Assembly (NCBI GenBank): GCA_020053305.1
Contig: JAGVNJ010000009.1
Location: 10,426 to 74,425 of the forward strand
DNA: 64,000 nt
Direction of reading: 5' to 3'
From: Candidatus Edwardsbacteria bacterium
Lineage (GTDB): Bacteria > Edwardsbacteria > AC1 > EtOH8
The position numbers and the translations under genes were made by a program. Under the pieces are notes generated by a model, which was not told where the DNA came from, did no database searches, and saw only the letters and a list, made by a program, of their open reading frames with translations. Each line of letters opens with the position of its first letter. Position 1 is the stretch's first letter. Positions 35,443 to 45,361 of the stretch are shown here, piece by piece.

Positions 35443-36882
35443 ATGAAGTCATTCGCCAAAAAAGTGATCGCCGCCCTGCCCTCTGGGGGAATAGAGTACG
35501 CCGATGTCCGGGTGCTGCGATCCCGGCAGCAGAACGTATCCACCAAGAACGGTACGGTGGAATCGGCCACCAATTCATCCGAGCAGGGTTTCGGCCTTCG
35601 GGTGCTGATCAACGGGTCCTGGGGCTTCGCCTCCAGCTCCAAGCTGGAGACATCGGAGATAGCCAAGGTGGTCAGGCTGGCCGTGGAGATAGCCAGGGCC
35701 TCCGCCCTGTCGCCCGGCGAGCCGGTGGTGTTGTCCGGCTTGAAAAAGCAGACCGGGAGCTATAAAACAAAAATCCAGAAGGACCCCTTTAAAATACCCT
35801 TGGAGCAGAAGATCTCCCTGCTGCTGGAGGCCGATGCGATCATGCGCCGGAACCCGGATATAAAAGTAGCCCGGGGCAGCCTGTGGTTCTTCCATGAGGA
35901 CAAGGTGTTCGCCTCCACCGAGGGCAGCCTGCTGTCCCAGGAGATCACCGAATCCGGCGGAGAGATCAGCGCCCTGGCGGTGGACGGCCCGGAGGTTCAG
36001 ATTCGGACCTACCCCAATATGGGCGGGGATACCGGCCAGGCCGGATATGAATTCATCGAAAAGCTGGAGCTGGCAGAAAACGCCGAGATGATATCCCGCC
36101 AAGCTTCCCTGCTCCTCAAGGCTCCTCCTTGCCCGGCCAAGAAAAGCACCATCATAATAGCCACCAACCAGCTGGCCCTGCAGGTGCATGAGTCGATCGG
36201 CCATCCCATAGAGTTGGACCGGGTCTACGGCACCGAGGCGGCCTATGCCGGCACCAGCTTCCTGACCACCGATAAACTGAATACCCTCAAGTACGGGGCG
36301 GACATCGTCAACGTCAACGCCGATGCCACGGTGCCCGGGGGGCTGGGGACCTTCGGCTGGGATGACGAAGGGGTGCCGGCCCAGAAGGTGCCTATAATAA
36401 AGAACGGCCTTTTTGCCGGCTATCTGAGCTCCCGGGAAACGGCAGCCCAGCTGGGCCTGTTATCGGGCGGCGCCATGCGGGCCGACGGCTGGAACCGGAT
36501 CCCCCTGATCCGGATGACCAATATCAACCTGGAGCCCGGCAGCTGGGATTATCAGGATCTGATAGCCGACACCGCTGACGGGGTCCTGTTCGACACCACC
36601 AAGACCTGGAGCATAGACGACAAACGGCTTAATTTCCAGTTCACCACCGAGATCGCCTGGCAGATCAAGGGCGGCCGGCTTACCGATCAGGCCTACAAGA
36701 ACCCGACCTATACCGGCATGACCCCAGAATTTTGGAATTCCTGCGATGCTGTCTGCAACCGCAGATCCTGGCACCTCTGGGGCATTCCCAACTGCGGCAA
36801 GGGCCAGCCGGGGCAGACCGCTCACGTCGGGCATGGCGTCTCCCCGGCCAGGTTCCGCAACGTCCGGATAGGAGTTTCCTGA
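35443..36882 (+). CDS. tldD: TldD/PmbA-family metalloprotease (TldD type)
   Basis: HESIGH.ELDR, DDEG, PLIRMTN and CGKGQP motifs. Confidence 0.92.
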   Translation: MKSFAKKVIAALPSGGIEYADVRVLRSRQQNVSTKNGTVESATNSSEQGFGLRVLINGSWGFASSSKLETSEIAKVVRLAVEIARASALSPGEPVVLSGLKKQTGSYKTKIQKDPFKIPLEQKISLLLEADAIMRRNPDIKVARGSLWFFHEDKVFASTEGSLLSQEITESGGEISALAVDGPEVQIRTYPNMGGDTGQAGYEFIEKLELAENAEMISRQASLLLKAPPCPAKKSTIIIATNQLALQVHESIGHPIELDRVYGTEAAYAGTSFLTTDKLNTLKYGADIVNVNADATVPGGLGTFGWDDEGVPAQKVPIIKNGLFAGYLSSRETAAQLGLLSGGAMRADGWNRIPLIRMTNINLEPGSWDYQDLIADTADGVLFDTTKTWSIDDKRLNFQFTTEIAWQIKGGRLTDQAYKNPTYTGMTPEFWNSCDAVCNRRSWHLWGIPNCGKGQPGQTAHVGHGVSPARFRNVRIGVS

Positions 36883-36890
36883 TCCCCAAT

Positions 36891-38453
36891 ATGTCAAACA
36901 AGAGATACATAAAACTTCTAACCCAAACAGCCGGCTATGCTCTGATGCTGGCTTTGCTGGCCGGGACATTGGGCTGCGCCTATTTCAACACCTATTACAA
37001 TGCCCAAAAACTATACAAACCGGCCAGCCGAAAGCACCAACATTTCCCAGACACCACTGCCGCCACCAGCACGGAAAAAGAGGGCCTGAAAAAAGCCATC
37101 GACAAATATGCCGATGTGGCCCTGAAATATCCCAACAGCCGCTGGGTCCTTCCCAGCCTGTATAATATGGGCAATGCCTATTACCTGAGAGGTGAGTACG
37201 ACAAGGCGGCCCGCAAGTACCAGGAGATACGGCAATACTACCCGGAAAGCAAATATTCGGTCTGGTCTCAACTGAACAGCGCCCTTATCTTCTATAACCT
37301 GAAGCAATGGGACAAGGCCTTATGGGAATTGTCCCAGATAAAGACCGACGACAAAAGCATCAATCAAAGGACGGCTTACCTGGAGGCCCTGATACTGCAG
37401 ACCGTCCCCGATTACCCCAAAGCGATCATCTCCTGGGAGCGCTTCCTGTATAATCACTATAAAAGCGATCTGGCGATCGAGGCGCGGTATAATTACGCCC
37501 GGTGCCTGTTCTTCCTGAAAGAATTCACCAACTCCATCCGGGAGCTGGAGACAATTCTGGATTCCAGAATTAAAAGGAACTTCCGCTATCAGGTCACCAT
37601 GCTGCTGGGCCAGGCCTACCAGGGCAACGGCAGACATTCCGCGGCCCTGCCGTTGTACCAACGTTTATTGAAACGGGAGTCCGACAAGGGCCGGATATCG
37701 GCCATAGAACTGGAGATATTGAACTGTCAAACCCCGGGGATCACGGCCGATAGTGCGGTCGGACTGTACTACAGCCTGGCCCAGAAATATCCCAAGACCG
37801 CCATATCCTCCGAGGCCTTGTTCAAGATCGGGCAACTCTATGAAGCCGGACAGGAGTTGGACAGCGCGTTGGTTTACTACAACAAAGCTCGAAACGAAAA
37901 CCCGGCCGCCCATATCCGCGAGGCCGCGCTAAAGAAAAGCGCCGATATCTCTTTGCTGCTGGCATACCGCCAGCAATCCGATCAGCAGGCGGCGGAACAA
38001 AGCGCCAAATTGCAGTTTCTGATGGCCGAGCACTATCTATTCGGCCTAAATAAACCTGACTCCGCCCTGGCCGCCTATACCCGGGTGGCTACAGGTTCCG
38101 GCGATCAGCTGCTGGCCCCCAAGGCCTGGTATGCAGCGGCCTGGACAGCGCGAAAGTACTTGTCGGACACATTAAAATCGGACAGCCTGCTGGCTGTATT
38201 AATAGAAAAATACCCCCGGACCAGATATGCCAACGGCGCCAGACTGATGATGAACCAGCCGATCGACACCACCGTCAGCGACATTGAGCCGGAGATCGAG
38301 ATGAATGTCAAGCCTCTGGAACAGAAAAAAGATGCCCCTCCGGCGCCGCCCGATACCGCCCAGACACTCCCGCCCGACATCGATGTCAAGGATACCCCTC
38401 CCACCCCTCTGATACCGGGGCCAAATATGAACCGTGAGCTGAATCCCAATTAA
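36891..38453 (+). CDS. TPR lipoprotein (BamD or PorW/SprE-like)
   Basis: TLGC lipobox then AYFNTYYNA; YP-S type TPRs; Pro-rich tail; start re-called. Confidence 0.8.
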   Translation: MSNKRYIKLLTQTAGYALMLALLAGTLGCAYFNTYYNAQKLYKPASRKHQHFPDTTAATSTEKEGLKKAIDKYADVALKYPNSRWVLPSLYNMGNAYYLRGEYDKAARKYQEIRQYYPESKYSVWSQLNSALIFYNLKQWDKALWELSQIKTDDKSINQRTAYLEALILQTVPDYPKAIISWERFLYNHYKSDLAIEARYNYARCLFFLKEFTNSIRELETILDSRIKRNFRYQVTMLLGQAYQGNGRHSAALPLYQRLLKRESDKGRISAIELEILNCQTPGITADSAVGLYYSLAQKYPKTAISSEALFKIGQLYEAGQELDSALVYYNKARNENPAAHIREAALKKSADISLLLAYRQQSDQQAAEQSAKLQFLMAEHYLFGLNKPDSALAAYTRVATGSGDQLLAPKAWYAAAWTARKYLSDTLKSDSLLAVLIEKYPRTRYANGARLMMNQPIDTTVSDIEPEIEMNVKPLEQKKDAPPAPPDTAQTLPPDIDVKDTPPTPLIPGPNMNRELNPN

Positions 38454-39230
38454 ATGAAACAATATCATTCAATACAGATCGCTTCGAACGCCCGGGTTAG
38501 CGATAAGGCATATACCCTGTCCTTTAAAATTCCCGGGCTGGCCAAGAGCGCCGATCCCGGGCAATTCGTACATATCCGGCTTAGCCCCGGGTCGAATCAT
38601 CCCCTGCTTCGCCGCCCTTTCAGCATCAACGACATCCGGGGGGATAAGGTAGAAATCCTCTACGAGGTCAAGGGTTCCGGCACCGAGCTGCTCTCCCAAA
38701 TATCGCCCAAAGACACCCTGGATGTCATCGGGCCGCTGGGAAAGGGTTTTGACATCGATCTCCGCAAACGGTATCATCTACTGGTGGCCGGGGGCATGGG
38801 GATCGCTCCGATGGGCTTTCTGGGCCGCCGGCTGAAAAGCCTGAAACTAAAACATGAATTGCTTTACGGATGCCGGTCCTCCTCCGAACTGATACCATCC
38901 GATATCAAAATATGCAGCATATCCAGCGATGATGGGAGCTGCGGAAAAAAAGGCCTGGTCACCTCCCTGCTGCCGGACAAACTGGAGAGCTGTCAGAACC
39001 CGGTGGTCTATGCCTGCGGCCCCTGGCCGATGCTCAAGGCGGTGGCCCGGATCTGTCAGAATAAAAACATCCCCTGCCAGGTTTCGCTGGAATCCTTCAT
39101 GGCCTGCGGGGTGGGGGCCTGCCAGGGCTGTGTGGTCAGGAGCAGCGACGGCAGCTATATTTCGGTCTGCGATAAAGGGCCGGTGTTTGACAGTCGGCTG
39201 ATCGACTGGGACCAGGATTGCGTCGTATGA
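38454..39230 (+). CDS. pyrK: Dihydroorotate dehydrogenase electron-transfer subunit
   Basis: PGQF, RRPFSI, GPLG, GGMGIAP, ACGP and MACGVGACQGC motifs. Confidence 0.95.
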   Translation: MKQYHSIQIASNARVSDKAYTLSFKIPGLAKSADPGQFVHIRLSPGSNHPLLRRPFSINDIRGDKVEILYEVKGSGTELLSQISPKDTLDVIGPLGKGFDIDLRKRYHLLVAGGMGIAPMGFLGRRLKSLKLKHELLYGCRSSSELIPSDIKICSISSDDGSCGKKGLVTSLLPDKLESCQNPVVYACGPWPMLKAVARICQNKNIPCQVSLESFMACGVGACQGCVVRSSDGSYISVCDKGPVFDSRLIDWDQDCVV

Positions 39231-40153
39231 AGAAATTGAAAAAAATAGACCTGCGGGTCAGCCTGGCCGGATTGAAGCTTAAAAATCCCGTCATCGCCGC
39301 CTCCGGCACCTTCGGCTACGGCACCGAATACACCGGCCTGGCGGAGCCCGGCGATTTCGGCGCGGTGATCACCAAGACCATCACCCTGGCTCCCCGGCCC
39401 GGCAACCGGCCGCCCCGGATCTGCGAGACCGCCAGCGGGATGCTCAACTCCATCGGCCTGGCCAATGTGGGATTCGAGGCCTTTAAAAACGACAAGCTGC
39501 CCCGCCTGGTCGAAAAAAAGGCCGTGATCATCGCCAACATCGCCGGCAACACCATCGAAGAGTATGTCGAGCTGGCGAAAAAGATCAATAAAATATCCCA
39601 CATCCCGGCTCTGGAACTGAACATCTCCTGCCCCAACGTCAAGCAGGGCGGGATCGCCTTCGGGACCGACCCGTCCAGCGCCGCGGCCCTCACCAAGGCG
39701 GTCCGTAAGGTCTACAAAAAGACCCTGATCGTCAAGCTCAGCCCCAACGTCAGCGACATCGCCGCCATCGCCCGGGCGGTGGAGAAAGCCGGGGCCGATG
39801 CCCTGTCGTTGATAAACACCCTCTATGGCATGGCGGTGGATATAAAAAAACGCCGCCCGGTGCTGGGCAACATTACCGGGGGCCTCTCCGGACCGGCCAT
39901 CAAACCGGTGGCCCTGTATAATCTCTACAAGGCCTACCATTCGGTGAAGATCCCCCTGATCGGCCTGGGGGGCATCATGGATCATAGGGATGCCCTGGAG
40001 TTTCTGATCACCGGAGCCGTGGCGGTGCAGATAGGGACCGCCAATTTCGTCAACCCGTCGGCGGCCAAGGATATTCTCTCGGGTCTGGCCGGATACTGCC
40101 GGGAAAATAATATTACAAAGATAACCAAACTTACCGGAATCTTAAAATGTTAA
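39227..40153 (+). CDS. pyrD: Dihydroorotate dehydrogenase, family 1B
   Basis: ASGTFG, NSIGLAN, LNISCPN, KLSPN and GGLSG motifs. Confidence 0.97.
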   Translation: MKKLKKIDLRVSLAGLKLKNPVIAASGTFGYGTEYTGLAEPGDFGAVITKTITLAPRPGNRPPRICETASGMLNSIGLANVGFEAFKNDKLPRLVEKKAVIIANIAGNTIEEYVELAKKINKISHIPALELNISCPNVKQGGIAFGTDPSSAAALTKAVRKVYKKTLIVKLSPNVSDIAAIARAVEKAGADALSLINTLYGMAVDIKKRRPVLGNITGGLSGPAIKPVALYNLYKAYHSVKIPLIGLGGIMDHRDALEFLITGAVAVQIGTANFVNPSAAKDILSGLAGYCRENNITKITKLTGILKC

Positions 40154-40608
40154 ATTTTGATCGTCAGAAAATAATATTTATATTTTTAACCCTCCTGCTG
40201 GGCTGCGCCCCGGCCCCCATCTACCGCGGGGGGCCGGCCAGGGAGACGACGGCTGCTTCCCCGAAAAACGAGACCGTCAAAATAAATGACAGCCCGCCCG
40301 CCGAATGGCCCCTGACCACCGTCACCGGAATCGCCAGCTATTACGGGAAGGAATTTCATGGCCGGAAGACCGCCAACGGCGAGACCTTCGACATGAACGC
40401 CATGACCGCCGCCCACCGCACCCTGCCCTTCGGCACCACGGTCCGGGTCACCAACCTAGCCAATGACAAAATTGTCACCGTCCGGATCAACGACCGGGGG
40501 CCCTTCATCAAGGGGCGGATCATAGACCTGTCCTACGGGGCCGCCAAATCCATAGACCTGCTGTCCATCGGGCAGGTCAGACTGGAAGTGTTAAAATATC
40601 CCCAATAA
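40147..40608 (+). CDS. rlpA: Septal lytic transglycosylase RlpA-family lipoprotein
   Basis: LLGC lipobox; GIASYYG, TAAHRTLP, NDRGPF and IIDLS motifs. Confidence 0.93.
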   Translation: MLNFDRQKIIFIFLTLLLGCAPAPIYRGGPARETTAASPKNETVKINDSPPAEWPLTTVTGIASYYGKEFHGRKTANGETFDMNAMTAAHRTLPFGTTVRVTNLANDKIVTVRINDRGPFIKGRIIDLSYGAAKSIDLLSIGQVRLEVLKYPQ

Positions 40609-40622
40609 ACGAAAGGATTTTG

Positions 40623-41357
40623 ATGAGCATTTTATCGCGTGACCGCCTGATCGTGGCCCTGGACGTTCCGGATCTGAAGAAAGCAAAGGAATTGCTGAAT
40701 CGGTTGGGCCCCTCGGTGAATTTTTACAAGGTGGGCAATCAGTTGTTCACCTCCTGCGGCCCAGAAATTATCGAGTTGATAAAGAATAGGGGGCACAAGG
40801 TTTTTCTGGATTTGAAATACCACGATATCCCCAACATTGTAGCCAAAGCCTCCCAGGCGGCCTACGAACTGGGGGTGGACATGTTCAACATGCATGCCAT
40901 GGGCGGGTTCTCCATGATGGAGACGGCGGCTACCACTGTTACCAATTCCGCCTCCAGCGGCCAGAGACCCAAGCCCGTGATGCTGGGGGTGACGGTCCTG
41001 ACCAGCATGGACGAGGCCACCTTCCAGGATGTGCTGGGCACCCCCGGACGGTCCATAGACGAGCAGGTGCTGCACCTGGCCCGCCTGAGCAAGAGCGCCG
41101 GGCTGGACGGGGTGGTGGCCTCCCCTCACGAGATAGCGATGCTCCGCCAGGAGCTGGGAAACGACTTCGTGATACTGACCCCCGGCATCCGGCCGGCCGA
41201 CAGCTCCAGCGACGACCAGAAGCGATTCCTGACCCCGGGCCAGGCCATCAAGACCGGGGCCGACTATCTGGTGGTGGGCCGGCCAATCACCGCGGCCAAG
41301 GATCCGGCCGAAGCCGCCACAAAGATAACCAAGGAGATTGAAGATGCCCTCAAATGA
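40623..41357 (+). CDS. pyrF: Orotidine-5'-phosphate decarboxylase
   Basis: IVALD, DLKYHDIPN, VTVLTS, TPGIR and VVGRPI motifs. Confidence 0.97.
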   Translation: MSILSRDRLIVALDVPDLKKAKELLNRLGPSVNFYKVGNQLFTSCGPEIIELIKNRGHKVFLDLKYHDIPNIVAKASQAAYELGVDMFNMHAMGGFSMMETAATTVTNSASSGQRPKPVMLGVTVLTSMDEATFQDVLGTPGRSIDEQVLHLARLSKSAGLDGVVASPHEIAMLRQELGNDFVILTPGIRPADSSSDDQKRFLTPGQAIKTGADYLVVGRPITAAKDPAEAATKITKEIEDALK

Positions 41358-41922
41358 AGATATCAAACAGATCCTGATAAAAAATGAGGTGCTTCTGGAC
41401 GGTCACTTTTTGCTTACCTCGGGGAGGCACAGCCGGTTCTATTTCGAGAAATTCCGGGTCCTCCAGCAGCCGTCCGACGCCGCCCTGTTCTGCCAAAACA
41501 TAGCCGAACATTTCCAGGGGACGGATATCGACACCGTGGCCGGGCCGACCACCGGCGGGATTATCATCGCCTTCGAGGTGGCCCGGGAGATGGGCAAAAA
41601 GGCCGTCTATGCCGAGCGGACCTCAGAGGGCCGGGGATTTTTAAGGGGCATGTCCTTGGCCAAGGGGGAAAAGGTGCTGGTGGTGGACGATGTGATGACC
41701 ACCGGAGGTTCGGTGCTGGAGACCATCGAGGCGGTGAAGAGGGCCGGGGCGGAATTGAAAGGCGTGGCGGTGTTCATAGACCGCAGCGCCGAGAAGCCGG
41801 ATTTCGGGGCCCCCTTCTTCTCGTTGTATCACGAGAAGGTGGAGACCTTCGATTCCGAAAATTGTCCATTATGCAAAGAAGGAATACCGCTGGCCAAGCA
41901 CGGCAGCAGCTCCAAGAAATAG
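41344..41922 (+). CDS. pyrE: Orotate phosphoribosyltransferase
   Basis: GHFLLTSGRHS and VVDDVMTTGGS motifs. Confidence 0.96.
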   Translation: MPSNEDIKQILIKNEVLLDGHFLLTSGRHSRFYFEKFRVLQQPSDAALFCQNIAEHFQGTDIDTVAGPTTGGIIIAFEVAREMGKKAVYAERTSEGRGFLRGMSLAKGEKVLVVDDVMTTGGSVLETIEAVKRAGAELKGVAVFIDRSAEKPDFGAPFFSLYHEKVETFDSENCPLCKEGIPLAKHGSSSKK

Positions 41923-41936
41923 CAGATCCTTGTCTA

Positions 41937-41961
41937 TCATTCCCGGCTAGACCGGGAATCC
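41937..41961. repeat. TCATTCCCGG...CCGGGAATCC palindromic element
   Basis: ATTCCCGG-CTAGA-CCGGGAAT; same family as 5082-5106. Confidence 0.65.
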
Positions 41962-41975
41962 CTGGAAAAATAATT

Positions 41976-42001
41976 AAGCCCCTTCTTACGAAGGGGCTTT
42001 T
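41976..42001. terminator. Bidirectional terminator between pyrE and the SBP-TonB gene
   Basis: AAGCCCCTTC-TTAC-GAAGGGGCTTTT. Confidence 0.85.
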
Positions 42002-42015
42002 AAAAAATCTCTATG

Positions 42016-44175
42016 TTATTTCATGAACGGATAGGGAATGGTGATATAGGTTTCGGACGGCTTGCCGTTCTTGGTGCCGGGTTTGAACACCGCTTTGTAA
42101 GCAGCCTCCGCAGCAGCCTCGTCGCAGCCGTAGCCGATGCCCTTAATCACTTCGGCGTTCTTGACCTTGCCGTCGGTGCCCACCAGTATCTTTACAAACA
42201 CCCGGCCGGTGATCCCGGCTTTGCGGGCGGATTCCGGATAATACGGAGAAACTATTTTCAGCGCTTCCGGCTCGGTAGGCATGATCTCCGGCTCCTTGGG
42301 TTCCTCAACCGCAGGCGTGGCTGCCGCCGGAGTCGGGGTAGCCTCGGCCACCAGCAAGTCCTGGGGGTTCACTGCGGCCGGCTTGGGCGGGGCTGGCGGC
42401 GCTGTTGTGACCGCCCTGGGAGCAGGCTGTTCGGTTCTGGTGGCTATGGGCTGGGGCTTGGTTGCTTCTGCGGTTGTCGGTTTTTGCGGCTGCCCTCTTT
42501 CCGGGGTTACGGCCTCCACCGGCTGGGATGGCGGAGGCGGGGTCACTGCGGCCGATGAAGCGGAGGCCATGGCCTCTCCCCTTCTTTCGGCGGCCGGGAT
42601 CCACCACTCGTCCAGCGAAGCCATCGGCCCGCGGGCGTCCTGGACCGGACCCTTGACCCCCTTGTAGATGATGGTGACCACGTCCGGGACGTAGAGATAG
42701 GTGGCCGGCATCTCGGTGTTGACCACCTGTTGGAATTTTACCCAGATATCCTTGGCCTTGCGGCGGCTCAAAGTGGCCAGCCCCTTGTCGATCAGGCTGT
42801 CCACCGAGGGATTGGAATACTTGAGGATAAAATTATAGATGCCCTTCTCCGGTGTGGAATGCCACACCGCCGTGGGATCGACCTTGAAATCGTTCTTCCA
42901 TGAGAACAGCATGGCGTCGTACTGTCCGCTTCTCAGGCGCTGGATGAAGGTCCTGGCATCCACCACCGCCAGGTTGACCTTGACCCCGACGCCCTTCAAC
43001 TGCTCCCTGATCAGGACCGCGGTGGCCTCCTGCACCGGCTGCCCCTGGGCCAGCAGCAGATTCAACTCCAGCACCTGCTTGGGACCCTTGGCCAGGTAGC
43101 CTTCGCGGTTCTTGTCCTTCCATCCCAGTTCGGCCAGCAGGGCTTTGGCCTGATCGGGATCATATGGCTGAGGTTTCATATTCTGATCATAGGCCCAGCT
43201 GGTGGGCAGGAACGGCCCGTTGGCCGGCTTGCCCTTGCCCATCAGAACGTCGTTGATCAACGCGATCTGGTCGATGCTCAGGGCGAAGGCCTTGCGCAGA
43301 CTTACGTCGGAGAACAGCTGGCTGTTCAAATTCCAGCCGATGAAGGTGAAATTTCGTCCGGGATATTCGATGGAGGTCAGGTTGGGATCGCCCTGTACCT
43401 TGAGGGCATACTGGGGCGACAGGTCGTTGGTCATATCCACCGAGCCGCTCTGCAGGGCGTTCATCAGGCTGGTCTCGTCGCCGAAGAATTTGAATACGAT
43501 CCGGTCCAGGGCCGGCTTGCCCTTGTAGAAGTCCGGGTTGGCGGCCAGCACCAGGCGGTCCCCCCGCACCCATTCCTCCACCCTATACGGTCCGTCGCTG
43601 ACCGGATTGGCGTCGAAGTCGGCGGAATTGGCGGCGCTCAGCTTCTCCAGGATATGCTTGGGCAGGACCATGATCCCGGTGTCGAACAGTTCGTCGGAGT
43701 AAACCCGGTTGAAGACGAACTTCACCGCCAGGGGCCCCACCACCTCGACCTTCTCCACGAACTGCAGGCCGCCCGCCCGGGCGTATTTTATCTGGGGATC
43801 GCGCATCATGTCGAAGGAGAACTTGACATCCTCGGCGGTCACCGGCTGCCCGTCGCTCCACTTGGCGTTCTTACGCAGGACATAGGTGACCTCCTTGAAA
43901 TCCTCCGAGAACTTCCAGGAGCGGGCCAGCCCGGCCACGATGTTCATGCCCTGGTCGAAACGGTGCAGGCTCATGAATAGTTTTTCATGGATATCGGTGG
44001 AGGCGGTGAATGACAGCCGCAACGGGTTCAAGGAGGCCGGCTCGTTCATGGTGCCGATGGTCAGCGTCCCTCCGGATTCGCTGTCCGGATACTTTTCGCT
44101 CTTGGAACATCCGGACAGCACCAGAAAGAATCCGGCGATCACTAAAAATAATCCACGAAAAACCCATGATCTCAT
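42016..44175 (-). CDS. Lipoprotein fusing an OppA/DppA-type (family 5) solute-binding domain, a Pro/Ala linker and a TonB C-terminal domain
   Basis: LSGC lipobox; LNP, LARSW, KWSDGQPVTAEDVKFS, GPY and YDPDQAKALL motifs; C-terminal YPESARKAGITGRV.V..LVGTDG.V...GCDEAA..FKPG..NG. Confidence 0.9.
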   Translation of the reverse strand: MRSWVFRGLFLVIAGFFLVLSGCSKSEKYPDSESGGTLTIGTMNEPASLNPLRLSFTASTDIHEKLFMSLHRFDQGMNIVAGLARSWKFSEDFKEVTYVLRKNAKWSDGQPVTAEDVKFSFDMMRDPQIKYARAGGLQFVEKVEVVGPLAVKFVFNRVYSDELFDTGIMVLPKHILEKLSAANSADFDANPVSDGPYRVEEWVRGDRLVLAANPDFYKGKPALDRIVFKFFGDETSLMNALQSGSVDMTNDLSPQYALKVQGDPNLTSIEYPGRNFTFIGWNLNSQLFSDVSLRKAFALSIDQIALINDVLMGKGKPANGPFLPTSWAYDQNMKPQPYDPDQAKALLAELGWKDKNREGYLAKGPKQVLELNLLLAQGQPVQEATAVLIREQLKGVGVKVNLAVVDARTFIQRLRSGQYDAMLFSWKNDFKVDPTAVWHSTPEKGIYNFILKYSNPSVDSLIDKGLATLSRRKAKDIWVKFQQVVNTEMPATYLYVPDVVTIIYKGVKGPVQDARGPMASLDEWWIPAAERRGEAMASASSAAVTPPPPSQPVEAVTPERGQPQKPTTAEATKPQPIATRTEQPAPRAVTTAPPAPPKPAAVNPQDLLVAEATPTPAAATPAVEEPKEPEIMPTEPEALKIVSPYYPESARKAGITGRVFVKILVGTDGKVKNAEVIKGIGYGCDEAAAEAAYKAVFKPGTKNGKPSETYITIPYPFMK

Positions 44176-44230
44176 GGTTCGCTCCTTTTATTAACGTTCG
44201 ATTGGATGCCTATTTGCCTGCAATATGTAT

Positions 44231-44259
44231 AAATTATAATAAGTTAAGCGATTTGTCAA
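44231..44259 (-). promoter_or_regulatory. Promoter of the SBP-TonB gene
   Basis: TTGACA (44259-44254) with a TATAAT/TAATTT -10 at 15-17 bp; AAAGGAG RBS. Confidence 0.55.
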
Positions 44260-44317
44260 GTAAAATTTGTTGATTTGTCAATATTTCTGTAGTATAGTAT
44301 CTTTTCGGGAGGATTTT

Positions 44318-45352
44318 ATGAAGCACCGCCTCATTCTACAGATACTATTGGTGATGATTTTATCCGCAAATATTTTACGGGGAGCCGGCGACAATATGCC
44401 CAAAGCAACCATCTGCGATCTGCATTGCGATACCGCCATCAACCTGGCCGACGGTAAAGGGACCGGCGGAGCCGCGAAAAAAAGCCGGGTAACCTCGGAA
44501 AAACTAAAAGCCGGCGGGGTCGGCCTGCAGGTCTACGCCTGCTGGGTTTCTCCCAAATACCGCCATCGCAAGGCCTGGGACCGGACCCGGCAGTTGATCG
44601 CCGCCGTTAAAAAAGAGATATCGGATCATCCGGATGAAATGATGCTTGTCAGCGATAAAAAGAGCTGGCGGGAATGCCGTAAAAGTAAACGGATCGGGGT
44701 GATGCTGGCCGTGGAGGGTGGTCATGTGCTGGACGGGGATATCTCCCGGCTGGACTCCCTCCATGCCCAGGGGGTGAGAATATTGACCCTCACCTGGAAC
44801 AACTCCAACCAGTTTGCCACTTCGGCCTACAGCGCGCATAAGACCGGGATAGACAAGGGTCTCACGCCGTTGGGACGCAAACTCATTGCCCGGGCTGATA
44901 AAATGGGCATGCATATCGACCTCTCCCATTCCTCGGAGAAGACCTTCCGGGATGTGGTAAAGACCAGCCGGCTGCCTCCCCTGCTGTCCCATTCCTGCGT
45001 AAATTTTCTCAACGGGCATTTCAGGAACGCCTCGGACAAGCAGATCAAGGCGGTGGCCGATAAAAAGGGATTGATCGGCATCAATTTCTGTCCGGGCTTT
45101 TTAGGAGACAGGCATAAGCCGGTCTCCATCGAAAGCGTGGCCGACCAGTTCGAGTATATCAAGGAGCTGGCCGGAACCGATATCCTGGCCATCGGCTCGG
45201 ATTTCGACGGAATAAGGGAAACACCCGAAGGCTTGGACGGCCCGGACAAACTGCCTGATCTGCTGAATATGCTTAAATCCAGGGATTTCAGCCAAAAGGA
45301 ATTGGACGACATCGGCCTGAACAATACCTTGAGGTTCTTTGGCTGGCAGTGA
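44318..45352 (+). CDS. Membrane dipeptidase (peptidase M19) with an N-terminal signal
   Basis: DLHCD, VEG, LTWN, DLSH, SHS and GSDFDG motifs; GGGAGG RBS. Confidence 0.9.
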   Translation: MKHRLILQILLVMILSANILRGAGDNMPKATICDLHCDTAINLADGKGTGGAAKKSRVTSEKLKAGGVGLQVYACWVSPKYRHRKAWDRTRQLIAAVKKEISDHPDEMMLVSDKKSWRECRKSKRIGVMLAVEGGHVLDGDISRLDSLHAQGVRILTLTWNNSNQFATSAYSAHKTGIDKGLTPLGRKLIARADKMGMHIDLSHSSEKTFRDVVKTSRLPPLLSHSCVNFLNGHFRNASDKQIKAVADKKGLIGINFCPGFLGDRHKPVSIESVADQFEYIKELAGTDILAIGSDFDGIRETPEGLDGPDKLPDLLNMLKSRDFSQKELDDIGLNNTLRFFGWQ

Positions 45353-45361
45353 TGGGTCTTT

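Noticed and set aside
35270-35443. LexA/SOS box upstream of umuD
   Set aside because: No convincing match to known LexA palindromes by eye; the lineage motif is unknown
36732-36890. Extended start of the TPR gene overlapping tldD
   Set aside because: The signal peptide and lipobox fit ATG 36891
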